Origin: an uncultured delta proteobacterium
Lineage (GTDB): Bacteria; Myxococcota_A; Polyangia; Polyangiales; Polyangiaceae
Length of the DNA stretch: 64,000 nucleotides
Assembly (NCBI GenBank): GCA_963696385.1
Contig: CAVOKF010000003.1
Coordinates: 32,001-96,000 of the forward strand
Direction of reading: 5' to 3'
Positions 52,679 through 62,328 of this stretch are shown here, piece after piece. Within the stretch, counting starts at the first letter, position 1. Every line of letters starts with the position of its first letter. The position numbers and the translations under genes were made by a program. The notes below the pieces were generated by a model. The model saw only the letters and a list, made by a program, of their open reading frames with translations. It was not told where the DNA came from and searched no databases.

Positions 52679-54000
52679 CTACCTTGTCCGCCGAGCATCG
52701 AACTCGATCACGTTCGAGGGAACTCTTGCGCGCCGCCGATCTTCAATCCGCGAGCTCAGCGTCCGCGCCACGTCGACTAGCCCCAGCCTCATGGCGTCGA
52801 GAATGCCGCGTTCGAGCTCGGCGTCGGTGACGCTTTCGGATTCGGAAGTTTGAACGGTCGCGAGTTGGTTTGAACAGAGATGGCTCGACGCGTTTCGGAC
52901 GTCGGCAGTCTCTCGGCAACCGCAATCGCCGAGCGCTTCGCACGTGTTCGATGCGGTTGCTTGTGAGCATTCAATTCCCGTTGGGGTCACAACATTGCTC
53001 AATAAAATCGGTGTGTTGCAAACTTGTCGGACTCCGGACTGTGCCACAGACCGTGAAACCGCTCCTTCGAGGAGCAAGCTCGGAGGCAGCGGTGGGTGCG
53101 CGATCCCGAAGCTCGTGCGCAGCACCATCGCTTGGTCGACGTACCGCTGCGTGACCTCGTAAGAGGTGTGACCGGCCGCGGCGAGCAGCCATTGAAGGGG
53201 CTTGCCAGCAACGGCCCAGTGCGTGAGGCACCTGTGACGGAGTCCGTGAAATGTGAAATGCTGGCGCGCGCCGTCGTCGGCGTAGAGCTCCTCGTGCGTG
53301 CATCCGGCTGTGCGCAGGTCTTTGCGGACAAGCTCCGCGCAGTCTTCGGGAGGCGGCACGTGCAACAACGGCTTGCCCGGCTCGGCGCGGTCCGATAGCG
53401 CGACCAACAACGGGCGTAGCGTGGGCTCGATCGGCACCGGACGGCGCCCCGCACGGGTCTTGGTTCGCGCGATCGCCCTTCCTGCCCGGTTCTGCCGCCG
53501 GACGTGGATGACATCGTGTTCCAGATCCACCCCTTCTTGCGTCAGGGCGCGCAGTTCGCCGGCGCGCAGTCCGGCGTATGCTGCGACCGCGTAGAGGATG
53601 CGTCGGCGGTGCGGAACCGCCTTGCAGCCAAGCAATGCGAGGATCTCGGACGGATAGAGGGCGGTTTGCTCGCGCACGTCGTCGGAATTGGGCGGCTGAA
53701 CCCGCGCGTCGGGTCGTCGGCTCGCACGCGCAGCGTGTCGTGCTTGCTCGTCGATGCCTCGCGAAACCCCGCGGTCAGCTCGCCCCAGATGTTGCGCGCC
53801 GCCTTCGCCGATAGGCCTGGCCTGCGACCGCGCTCCTGTTTGGTCCCCGTATCGTAAAAGCTCTGCCGGATCCGGATTTGTTGGTCGAGTGCCGTAACGA
53901 CCGGACGGAGTGCATCCGGTGCGAGAGTGGCAATGGGCTGACGGCCGATAAATGGCTCAATCCACCTCTCGAATCGCCGACGACGATCGCGAGCCGACAC
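52679..54000 (-). pseudogene. Tyrosine integrase, paralog of 11119..12324, frameshifted near 53690, containing the tRNA-Glu att core
   Basis: YAGLRAGEL, LLHVPPPEDCAELVRKDL, FHGLRH, AGHTSYEVTQRY, NVVTPTGIE. Confidence 0.85.
52970..52996 (+). repeat. 27-bp att core identical to the tRNA-Glu 3' end (inverted relative to 12280-12306)
   Basis: TTCAATTCCCGTTGGGGTCACAACATT. Confidence 0.9.
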
Positions 54001-54284
54001 CTGGGGGGCACCGCGGTTTTTGCGGCCGACATCGCCCTTCGCAATCGAGCGACGCGCCGGATGAATACGACCTCCACCTTGGGCTCCACCAATTCCACGT
54101 ACCGCCCGACGATGTTCGTAAGTCTGTAAACGCTCTTTTGGCGAAACGCGGATTAGAGCTTATCCCTTACCGGATCAACGCTCAAATCGGTTCGCCGCGG
54201 AGCGCGATCGTGGTCGCGAGCGGTCTCCGCTTCAGCCAAACCGCGGAACCGGACATGGGATGCTAGGTTTTCGTCCGGGGTACC

Positions 54285-54560
54285 AGCTTTCTTGCGAACG
54301 TCCCTGGCGGATCGAGTCGTCAAGTTTCCGGACGACGTTCCGGTCGGCCCTGCCGAAATCGTCGTTCTGACGCCGGCGCCCGAGAAAGCCCCCGCAGACC
54401 GCGTCGCCCTTGTGCGCGAGCTTCAATGAACGTCGCCTCGCCAGACGACCGACAGCGGCGACCTTCTACGGGCAGACCGAGAGGCCCGGTGAAGCTGGTC
54501 GTGAACACCTCCGTCGCGGCGGAGGTGCTCTCGCCGGTATGGGGCGCAGGCAACACCCGC
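54285..54560 (+). pseudogene. Possible antitoxin/PIN toxin (VapBC-like) remnant
   Basis: VKFPDDVPVGPAEIVVL followed by VKLVVNTSVAAEVL; both truncated. Confidence 0.3.
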
Positions 54561-54563
54561 TCC

Positions 54564-55247
54564 CTAGGCGAGCACGCGAGCGAGCACGAAGCCGTCGTGG
54601 CCCTTGCTCCCCACGGTTTGGAGCGCCGTCGCGGCCAGGCGTGGCTCGCGCGCGATCGCTTCGAAGAGGCGGCGAGTGCCCCGGATGCTCGGGTCGTCGC
54701 TCGCAGCGTCGAGGATGCCCCCGGCACGAACGACGTTGTCGACGACGATGACGCTACCCGGCCGCGTGAGCCGCAGTGCCCAATTCAGGTATTCGCTGTT
54801 GCTGGGTTTGTCGGCGTCGATGAAGACGAGGTCGAACGGCCCGCGTCGTTCTTCCGCGAGCTTGGGGAGCGTGTCTAGCGCCCGACCGACGAGCACCTCG
54901 ACGAGGCTCGCAAGGCCTGCGCGCGACACATTCGCACGCGCGACCTCTGCGTGCTTGGCGTTCACCTCGAGCGTGACGAGTCGACCCCCCACCGGCAGGG
55001 CGCGCGCCAGCCAAATGGTACTGTAGCCGCCGAGAGTGCCGACCTCGAGAATCGTGCGAGCACCCTGCACCTGAGCGATCAACTGCAGCAGCTTGCCCTG
55101 GTTCGGCGCGACATCGATCGCGGGGAGCCCGGCCGCAGCGTTCGCTCGCAGCGCCTCCTCGAGCGCCGGATCGGGCGGCAGGAGGGCGCCGGTCAAGTAG
55201 CGGTCGACCGCGATCCATTCGTCTCGTGGTTCCATGGATCGCTTCAT
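54564..55247 (-). CDS. O-methyltransferase (caffeoyl-CoA/COMT family)
   Basis: ILEVGTLGGYST, FDLVFIDADK, IVVDNV. Confidence 0.92.
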   Translation of the reverse strand: MKRSMEPRDEWIAVDRYLTGALLPPDPALEEALRANAAAGLPAIDVAPNQGKLLQLIAQVQGARTILEVGTLGGYSTIWLARALPVGGRLVTLEVNAKHAEVARANVSRAGLASLVEVLVGRALDTLPKLAEERRGPFDLVFIDADKPSNSEYLNWALRLTRPGSVIVVDNVVRAGGILDAASDDPSIRGTRRLFEAIAREPRLAATALQTVGSKGHDGFVLARVLA

Positions 55248-55419
55248 ACCTCACGCGCGTGGTCGGGCCCGCATGCGTTGGCTCTTTTGTCACTGTTTGT
55301 GCTTTCTCTGGCCGACTCTGGGCCTCGACCGAGTACGGCGCCGCGCTTCGCCACCCTCCCGAGATAGATTGGGGCCCCGTGGGTCGTCGTCGGATCGTGA
55401 CTCGTTTCCTCGGATATTC

Positions 55420-56200
55420 GTGCGTAGATACGTAATGTCCCCACTCCACACTTGATCGGGCCCGTCCGCCTCGTGGGTATCGAGAGGACGGGGCACGGGT
55501 GCCTTGGCTTTTTCCTCGGTGAACGAGCTGTCCTTCGGCTTTGAGAAGCCGATAAAACGTCGACTCGGACGCGAAGTATCATCCCGCGTCAGCGAGCTTC
55601 GGAACGATTTGCTTGGGCGACAGGTCACGGTGCTCGGGCCGGTAGCCAAAACAAGTACGTCGGCTCGGTCTTGGTCAGTAAGCGCGTTGGGCGGACGCGT
55701 GTTCGGCCCATGGCGCCCATCGTCGCTATCGGGGTCCGCGCGCCATCGCTCCTATGTCCGAGTCGAGAGGTTCGCGATGGCGCAGCTGCGTTCGAGGCAG
55801 GCGCCGGCCGCCACGGCTTCGTTCACGGCGGGCACGACTACAACTCGGTCGGCTCGCTTGTGCCATCGTCCTCGTCCCCCAAGACACTGCCGATTTTTAA
55901 GCATGAGCAGCGCCGCAGCCTCCGCAAGCGCTCGGTCCTTGCGTCGGAGTTCCCGCTCCAGCTCCTTCACGCGCCGGCCATGGCCACCGGTGCTCACGCC
56001 GGATGCGCCGCGGCCCGCGAGCCCGGCGAGCATCGCCGCGCGCCACTCGTCCAGCTGCGCGCGATGAAGACCATGCGTCCGCAGCCATGCCCCGAGCTCT
56101 TCCTCCGACAGCTGGCTGGCCTGCGGCACGGCTGTCAAACGCCTCTCGGCTGTATCCGTCTTCGCCACCTGCGGCTCCTTCGTTACCGTGACCTTGGCGC
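55420..56200 (-). mobile_element. IS3-family transposase remnant
   Basis: EEELGAWLR...KELERELRRKDRALAEAAALL; PDQVWSGDITYL; broken and truncated. Confidence 0.8.
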
Positions 56201-56225
56201 GAATCGGCCCCGCCTGCCGTAACCA

Positions 56226-56771
56226 CGATCGCGCGCCCGGAGCCGCATGCATGACCGGCTGTCACGCACTTGCAGCGGGCGCGAACTGGCGTGAAGCAGC
56301 AATATCCTTTCGTCCACCCGCTCCACGTGAGCCCGGACCGACGCCACAAGCCCGGCGAGACTCACCGACCGGAGCGCGGTCGCCATGGCCGCGGCGGCCG
56401 CTACTGAGCTGGCAACGCCTATGGGGTGCCTGTGGGTGAGCCCGCTCTGCGCCGCGGCCGCGCGGACCAGGGCATCTACGACCTCAGCGAAGTAAAGGCC
56501 AAACGGCGCGGCGCGCATCGCGGCGCCGCATCCCTTGGAGCCGGCGACTCCCCTCGAAGCGGGATGCGAGGCGGCGCTTGTGCGATCGATCGCAACCGGC
56601 AGATGCTCGCCATCCTCGACCGCGTCGAGCAGACCCTGGACTTGGCAACCGACGGCGTCTGCTCGGTGCTCGGCGGCGCTTGGGTCGGCGAGGAAGCGGT
56701 CGCGACCGCTTGTGGTGCGTTCTTCGTTCCGAGGGTGACTTCCGGGCCGCCGTGCTCTTGGGTGCCAACTC
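56226..56771. pseudogene. Fragment of an ADP-ribosylglycohydrolase paralog with an internal inversion
   Basis: Matches about 9025-9575; the flanks read on + and the middle (about 56295-56551) on -. Confidence 0.85.
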
Positions 56772-56906
56772 GCTCGCGTTCATGAGCGCCCGCTTGCCGA
56801 GGATCGGGCTTTGGTCCGGAGGTGGGCTTGCGCGACGGCCGGGCATTATCCGGGATGCCCGCACACACTGAACACTTGACCTGTGCCGGTAGGCCCGGGT
56901 AGTTTC

Positions 56907-57329
56907 ATGCACGAAAAAGAGGGGCGAGATGCCAAGGGACCGTTTGAAGTAACCCTTGCTCGGCAGAAGGCGGACAACCCCCAAGCCGTGGCGTCTGGTC
57001 ACGGACGCTTGTCGATCGACAAGCACTTCCAGGGGGAGCTCGAGGCAACAAGCCAGGGCGAGATGCTGAGCTTTATGACCAGCACCAAAGGTTCTGCCGG
57101 CTACGTCGCAATCGAGAAGGTGGCAGGAACACTCGGCGGGCGCAAAGGTACCTTCGTTCTTCAGCACAGCGGCACGATGAACCGCGGGGGACAGCAGCTC
57201 AGCGTTACCGTCGTGGCTGACTCGGGTACCGACGAACTGACGGGGCTCTCCGGCACCATGAAGATCATCATCGCACCGGACGGAAAGCACTCGTACGAGA
57301 TGGAGTACACGTTCGCCGGGACGGATTGA
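56907..57329 (+). CDS. DUF3224-family protein
   Basis: GSAGYVAIE...GRKGTFVLQH...SGTDELTGLSG. Confidence 0.8.
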   Translation: MHEKEGRDAKGPFEVTLARQKADNPQAVASGHGRLSIDKHFQGELEATSQGEMLSFMTSTKGSAGYVAIEKVAGTLGGRKGTFVLQHSGTMNRGGQQLSVTVVADSGTDELTGLSGTMKIIIAPDGKHSYEMEYTFAGTD

Positions 57330-57553
57330 CCTGTGACTTGCGCGAACCGCGAGACGGCGGAGGCTCCGCGGTCGCCGCCCTGCTCGCGGCGCCCGTCCTC
57401 CCTTCTCTTCCGCGATCGGCTTGCTTCGTGCTGCCGATGGCGACGACGGGGCTGACGGCGCAGCCTGGCAAGCAGCGCGCGGTGTGGGGCCACCCGAAGG
57501 GTGGGGACGAAAAACTTCCAGCTTTGGCTACTTCCTGAAATGATGCTGTTTGC

Positions 57554-57997
57554 GTGCGTCGCTCTGCTCTTCTTGCGTTAGCCATGGTTACGGCTTGTGG
57601 ACCCAAGCAGCCTGCAATGCGCGAGGCCATAGCCGAGTCAGCGACCGCTTCCCCCGCGCGAGCGGTTCAGGTCGTGAACGCGACGATCCTCGCCAACGAC
57701 TGCCAGAGGCTCGGTCGGGCGAATGCGGAGATGGCCGAGCATGCGATGTTGGATCTCGTGGAAGGCTGCTCTTCAATCCCAAACGGCTCCGCTAGGTTTG
57801 AGGCAACGCTGCAGACCGGCGGCCGCATCGAAATCGCAGCCGCGCCAGGTCAGCCCGGCGTCGTGCCGATATGTGTCCTCAAGCACGCACTTGTGCACAA
57901 GGTGCCGCTGTTAAAGCCCTGTCGTCTCGACGTCAGAATGGAGGAGACGCGCTTGCCGATTGGGCCCGATGCCGGACTGGCAGGCGGAACGCATTGA
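57554..57997 (+). CDS. Hypothetical lipoprotein
   Basis: VTAC lipobox. Confidence 0.6.
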   Translation: MRRSALLALAMVTACGPKQPAMREAIAESATASPARAVQVVNATILANDCQRLGRANAEMAEHAMLDLVEGCSSIPNGSARFEATLQTGGRIEIAAAPGQPGVVPICVLKHALVHKVPLLKPCRLDVRMEETRLPIGPDAGLAGGTH

Positions 57998-58113
57998 TGC
58001 GTCCCAGCCGACGTACTCTTGCGTATCCGAGGCAGAAACCGAAGAGCTGCGGATCGAGTCGCGGGGACAGGGACGCGGCATCGGGACGCAAGTTGATGTA
58101 GGCATCTCTGCGG

Positions 58114-59196
58114 ATGGCGCCGCCGCAACCGGAGCTTACCGCAACCCTCGAAGCGGCTCTTGTACGAGAGCTGCTCGCGGCGTGGCATCAGCTGAACAGC
58201 GCGCATTTTCGAAGCGCGCTTTCGCCTCCGACGCTGGAGATCGTCCTGAACCATTCCACGTTGGGACGTTGGCTTCCGCGCACTCGGACCTTGGAAATTT
58301 CGCGCTCTCTCGTGATCGAGCGACCCTGGGGCGCGGTGATCGAGGTGCTCAAACACGAGATGGCGCACCAATACGTGCACGAAATTCTCAGCGAAACTTC
58401 CGAGGCGCCGCACGGACGTGCATTCCGGGAGACGTGCGCGCGCCTCGGCGTTGATGTACGGGCTTCGGGGGTTCCGGAGGGGCGACCGGGCTCGTCCGAA
58501 GACCGAGTCGTCGATCGCATCGCTCGTTTGCTCGCGCTCGCCGAAAGCCCAAACCGCAACGAAGCAGAGGCCGCTATGTCGGCGGCACATCGGCTGATGC
58601 TCAAGCACAACCTCGACGTCGTCCACGCGCCTGGCGCCCGAAACTACGGGTTCATCCAACTTGGCCAGGCCACTGGACGCGTGGCGGAGCACGAGCGCCT
58701 CGTCGCGATGATCCTCGGCAAACATTTTTTCGTCGAGGTTATCTGGGTGCCCGTCTATCGCCCGCTCGTCGGAAAGCGTGGCAGCATTCTGGAAGTTTGC
58801 GGAGCGGCCTGGAACCTCGCAACCGCTGAATATGTTCACGGTTTTTTGCATCAGACAGCGCTGCGTCTCTGGCGCGATCATAAGCGCCTGCACGGGATCG
58901 GATCCGACCGTGAACAACGTGCCTTTCTAGCTGGTGTCATGATCGGGTTCGCAGACAAGCTGTCGCGCCAAACTGCGCGCAGCCGCGCGGAAGGACTCGT
59001 CTGGATCCGCGACGGCGACCTTGACGGCTACTTTCGAAGGCGTCACCCGTACGTCCGGCATGTGCGACACGCCGGCCAGCCTCGTACCGACGCGTGGGCG
59101 AAGGGTCGCGAGGCCGGACACCGCATTGTGCTGCATCGACCGATGGAAGCGACCTCGGTTTCCCGCGGACGCCTCCTGCCGCCGAGCAAGCGATGA
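58114..59196 (+). CDS. SprT-like/DUF2786 domain protein
   Basis: LKHEMAHQ, PHGRAF, RLLALAESPNRNEAEAA. Confidence 0.8.
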   Translation: MAPPQPELTATLEAALVRELLAAWHQLNSAHFRSALSPPTLEIVLNHSTLGRWLPRTRTLEISRSLVIERPWGAVIEVLKHEMAHQYVHEILSETSEAPHGRAFRETCARLGVDVRASGVPEGRPGSSEDRVVDRIARLLALAESPNRNEAEAAMSAAHRLMLKHNLDVVHAPGARNYGFIQLGQATGRVAEHERLVAMILGKHFFVEVIWVPVYRPLVGKRGSILEVCGAAWNLATAEYVHGFLHQTALRLWRDHKRLHGIGSDREQRAFLAGVMIGFADKLSRQTARSRAEGLVWIRDGDLDGYFRRRHPYVRHVRHAGQPRTDAWAKGREAGHRIVLHRPMEATSVSRGRLLPPSKR

Positions 59197-59260
59197 CGGC
59201 TCCACGCGCCGACTTGTATGCTCGTCGCCGGCCGATGTACCGTTCGGTTCGAAGATCGAA

Positions 59261-60568
59261 GTGAGCGTCACGAAGCCGACGAACGCCGACGTAACAGCGA
59301 GGTACCGGCAATACCTGTTTCCGAGTGCCGCGACCTACTACGCCGAGCCGGTCGCGATCGAGAGCGGCCGCGGAATGTTGGTGCGGGACTTCGACGGCAA
59401 TGCGTACCTCGATTTTTTTGGCGGCATTCTCACAGTCGGCCTGGGGCATAGCGACGAGCGAGTGAACGGTGCGGCGCGCGCACAGATGGATCGCTTCGGG
59501 CACGTTTCGACCCTCTACCCCAACCTCCCGCTGGTCGAGCTTGCGGAGAAGCTCGTCAAGCTGGCGCCTGGGCAGCTCGAGAAGGCCTTTTTCTGCACCA
59601 GTGGCACCGAGGCGAACGAAACTGCGGCTGCGCTCGCCCAGGCGCACACGGGGGCATTGGATCTGATTGCGCTACGCCACGGATACTCCGGCCGATCTTT
59701 GCTGGCTCAGGCGCTCGGCGGGAGCTCGAAGTACCGAGCCGTTCCCACGCAAGTCGCTGCGGTTCGCCATGCCCACGCACCGTACTGCTACCGATGTCCG
59801 TTTGGGCGGACGTATCCGAGTTGTGAACTCAAATGCGCACAGGACATCGAAGATCTCATTCAGACCACTACAGCGGGGCCCATCGCGGGGATCATCGTCG
59901 AGCCCATCTTGGGCGTCGGCGGCTTCATCACCCCTCCCAAGGGATGGATGAAGCTGGCGAGCGATATCGTGCGACGGTACGGCGGACTTTTCATCTGCGA
60001 CGAGGTGCAGACGGGCTTCGGGCGAACCGGTGCCATGTGGGGCGTCGAGCATGAAGAACTCCAACCGGACGTGATGACTGCGGCAAAGGGAATCGCGAAC
60101 GGGTACCCGATTAGTGCGATCGTCACGACGACAGCGATTGCTGCTGCATGGAGGTCGGGGAACGTGTCGACGTTTGGCGGTAATGCGATCTCCTGTGCCG
60201 CAGCCAATGCGACCATCGATGCGATCGTGGACGACAAGCTCGTCGACAATGCAGCGAAGATGGGGGCTGTATTGCGTGTGGGGCTCGAACATCTCAAGAC
60301 GAAGTACGCTGTCATCGGTGATGTGCGTGGACGCGGATTGATGCAGGGCGTCGAGATCGTTCGGGACCAGAGGGCGGGCGATCGATCGCCCGACGCCGAT
60401 GCGACCCTTCGCCTTCTAGAGGAGACCAAGGCGCGCGGACTGCTCATCGGCCGCGGCGGCCTCTCGGGCAACGTTCTGCGCGTGGCTCCCGCGCTCATCG
60501 TTACCCGTCGACAGATCGATGACGCGCTGGAGGTCCTGGACCTCGCATTCGCCGCGATCGAACGATGA
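59261..60568 (+). CDS. Class III PLP-dependent aminotransferase
   Basis: YLDFFGG, SGTEANE, ICDEVQTGFGRTG, AKGIANG. Confidence 0.93.
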   Translation: MSVTKPTNADVTARYRQYLFPSAATYYAEPVAIESGRGMLVRDFDGNAYLDFFGGILTVGLGHSDERVNGAARAQMDRFGHVSTLYPNLPLVELAEKLVKLAPGQLEKAFFCTSGTEANETAAALAQAHTGALDLIALRHGYSGRSLLAQALGGSSKYRAVPTQVAAVRHAHAPYCYRCPFGRTYPSCELKCAQDIEDLIQTTTAGPIAGIIVEPILGVGGFITPPKGWMKLASDIVRRYGGLFICDEVQTGFGRTGAMWGVEHEELQPDVMTAAKGIANGYPISAIVTTTAIAAAWRSGNVSTFGGNAISCAAANATIDAIVDDKLVDNAAKMGAVLRVGLEHLKTKYAVIGDVRGRGLMQGVEIVRDQRAGDRSPDADATLRLLEETKARGLLIGRGGLSGNVLRVAPALIVTRRQIDDALEVLDLAFAAIER

Positions 60569-60573
60569 GCGGT

Positions 60574-60832
60574 GGATCACACGTCGAGTTTGAACTGACG
60601 CGTCTTGCGCTCGAGGCGCTCGAAGCGACGTCGGGATCACACGTCGAGTTTGAACTGACGCGTCTTGCGCTCGAGGCGCTCGAAGCGACGTCGGGGGTTA
60701 CCGGTCGACAGATCGATGACGCGTTGTAGATCCTGGAGCTCGCATTCGCCGCGATCGAACGATGAGCGGTGGATCACACGTCGAGTTTGAACTGACGCGT
60801 CTTGCGCTCGAGGCGCTCGAAGCGACGTCGGG
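60574..60832 (+). repeat. Local duplication: a 60-bp unit three times plus a copy of the aminotransferase 3' end
   Basis: GGATCACACGTCGAG...GCGACGTCGG at 60574, 60634 and 60771. Confidence 0.9.
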
Positions 60833-62060
60833 TCTTGTCGGGGGACTCGCCAGTTCCTCGCTGCACGTACTGCAGCGCACGATGCGGCGATCGCAACCAG
60901 TGCTCGTACAGCTTTGCCAGCTCGAGGCGCACCGATGGGTCGTCGATTTTCGCAGCGTGTGCCTCAAAGTCGGCTAGGGCGCGGGCCCGGTCACCCCGCG
61001 CCTTCGCGATATGAGCCCGCGTTCGCAACGTTTCTGCTGTCGCCTGACGTTCGACCGCGGCTTGCGCAAACTCACCGGCGCGCACCAACGCACCCGCCCG
61101 ATGAATGGTCCGAGCGACGCCCGCCAGATCATCGGCCGCGAGGCCACTTTCGAGCGGAGCGCCGTACAGGCCAAGGAGAGCTGCCATCGCAACGACGTCC
61201 CAAGCGTTGTGTTCGACGACGCCCAGGAGCGCACGGGGGTCGCCCGTACGAAGAAAGTGAAGGTAGAGCGCGCTCACGTCGCCTGAGGCAACGTCGTCCA
61301 CACGTTCGAACCCCAGGAGGGCGCGCTCGAGCGCGACCAAGCGGCACCCCTGCGGTATGCGCTTGCCGTGTATGCGACGCGCGACATGAAGCAAGTCGAG
61401 GTGCGGAGGCTCGGAGGGTGGCTGCATTCGAGCCATGACGAACCGGGTCCGCAACAACGGCATGTCGAAACTCTTGCCGTTGAATGTGACCAACGTCGAG
61501 GCCGCCGCGACGCGGGCATGTACACGCCTGAGCATGGGTGCTTCTTGGCCGAGCGATCGCAAGAGAAGCTGCTCGAGCACGAGCGTTGCGGCGCCTTCCC
61601 ACCACGCGAGCCCGACGAGAAATGCAACCGTTCCAGTCCCGCCCGCGAGCCCGGTCGTTTCGGTATCGAGGAAAAGCGCTTGACGCATATCGCATCGCGC
61701 AAATGCCGGGTCCAGCGCCAGCAAAGCGATCAAATCGGAATTGGCCTCGACCCCGCACGCGATCGGCACGCGACCGGTGCGGTGCGCCGCCGAGAGTCGC
61801 CGCGTCCGCACGTGCAACGGACCGTCGGGGGTTTCGACCAGCGAGAACGGGAGATCCGCCGTCCCGACGGGTGGCGGCCCAGTGCGGCGGGCCGTGCGTT
61901 CGATCGTGGATTGAATGCGATCGCGCAGTTCGTCGAGAACAACTTTGCGGGCAGCTTCAGCCCCTGAGCCCACGGCAAAACCCGCCGTGCTCGGCGAGGC
62001 GGGGGAGGCATTCGATGAGCTTGCCGAGCCGAGCCTCGAAAGTCGGGTGCGAACGGACAA
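60774..62060 (-). CDS. YprB/MrfB-like RNase H-fold exonuclease with TPR
   Basis: FLDTETTGL, TFNGKSFD, HLDLLH, HNAWDV. Confidence 0.88.
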   Translation of the reverse strand: MSVRTRLSRLGSASSSNASPASPSTAGFAVGSGAEAARKVVLDELRDRIQSTIERTARRTGPPPVGTADLPFSLVETPDGPLHVRTRRLSAAHRTGRVPIACGVEANSDLIALLALDPAFARCDMRQALFLDTETTGLAGGTGTVAFLVGLAWWEGAATLVLEQLLLRSLGQEAPMLRRVHARVAAASTLVTFNGKSFDMPLLRTRFVMARMQPPSEPPHLDLLHVARRIHGKRIPQGCRLVALERALLGFERVDDVASGDVSALYLHFLRTGDPRALLGVVEHNAWDVVAMAALLGLYGAPLESGLAADDLAGVARTIHRAGALVRAGEFAQAAVERQATAETLRTRAHIAKARGDRARALADFEAHAAKIDDPSVRLELAKLYEHWLRSPHRALQYVQRGTGESPDKTRRRFERLERKTRQFKLDV

Positions 62061-62067
62061 GGATTAA

Positions 62068-62084
62068 CTATACATTGGATCAGT
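62068..62084. promoter_or_regulatory. Putative LexA box upstream of the exonuclease
   Basis: CTATACATTGGATCAGT, 14/17 match. Confidence 0.45.
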
Positions 62085-62328
62085 ATCCGACGCCAGAAAC
62101 CCAAACCCCGAAGCCATCCGCTGCGGCATCACGCGACCGAGGGGGACGATTAAAGTTTAAACCGAAGCGATTGCGACAGTGGCGTCAAACCAGCCGACGC
62201 CACAATTCAACGAAAGTAACGCACTGCGGCGTCGCACCATTCGACGGGCGACGATTAAACCGAAGTCATCCGCTACGGCGTCACACCAGCCGACGGGCGA
62301 CGATTAAGCGGCGGTGATCTGCTGCGCG

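Noticed and set aside
56868..56884. LexA box before the DUF3224 gene (CTGAACACTTGACCTGT)
   Set aside because: The right half-site is too degenerate to support the call.
60574..60832. CRISPR or REP array
   Set aside because: The units are exact copies of neighbouring gene ends with no unique spacers.
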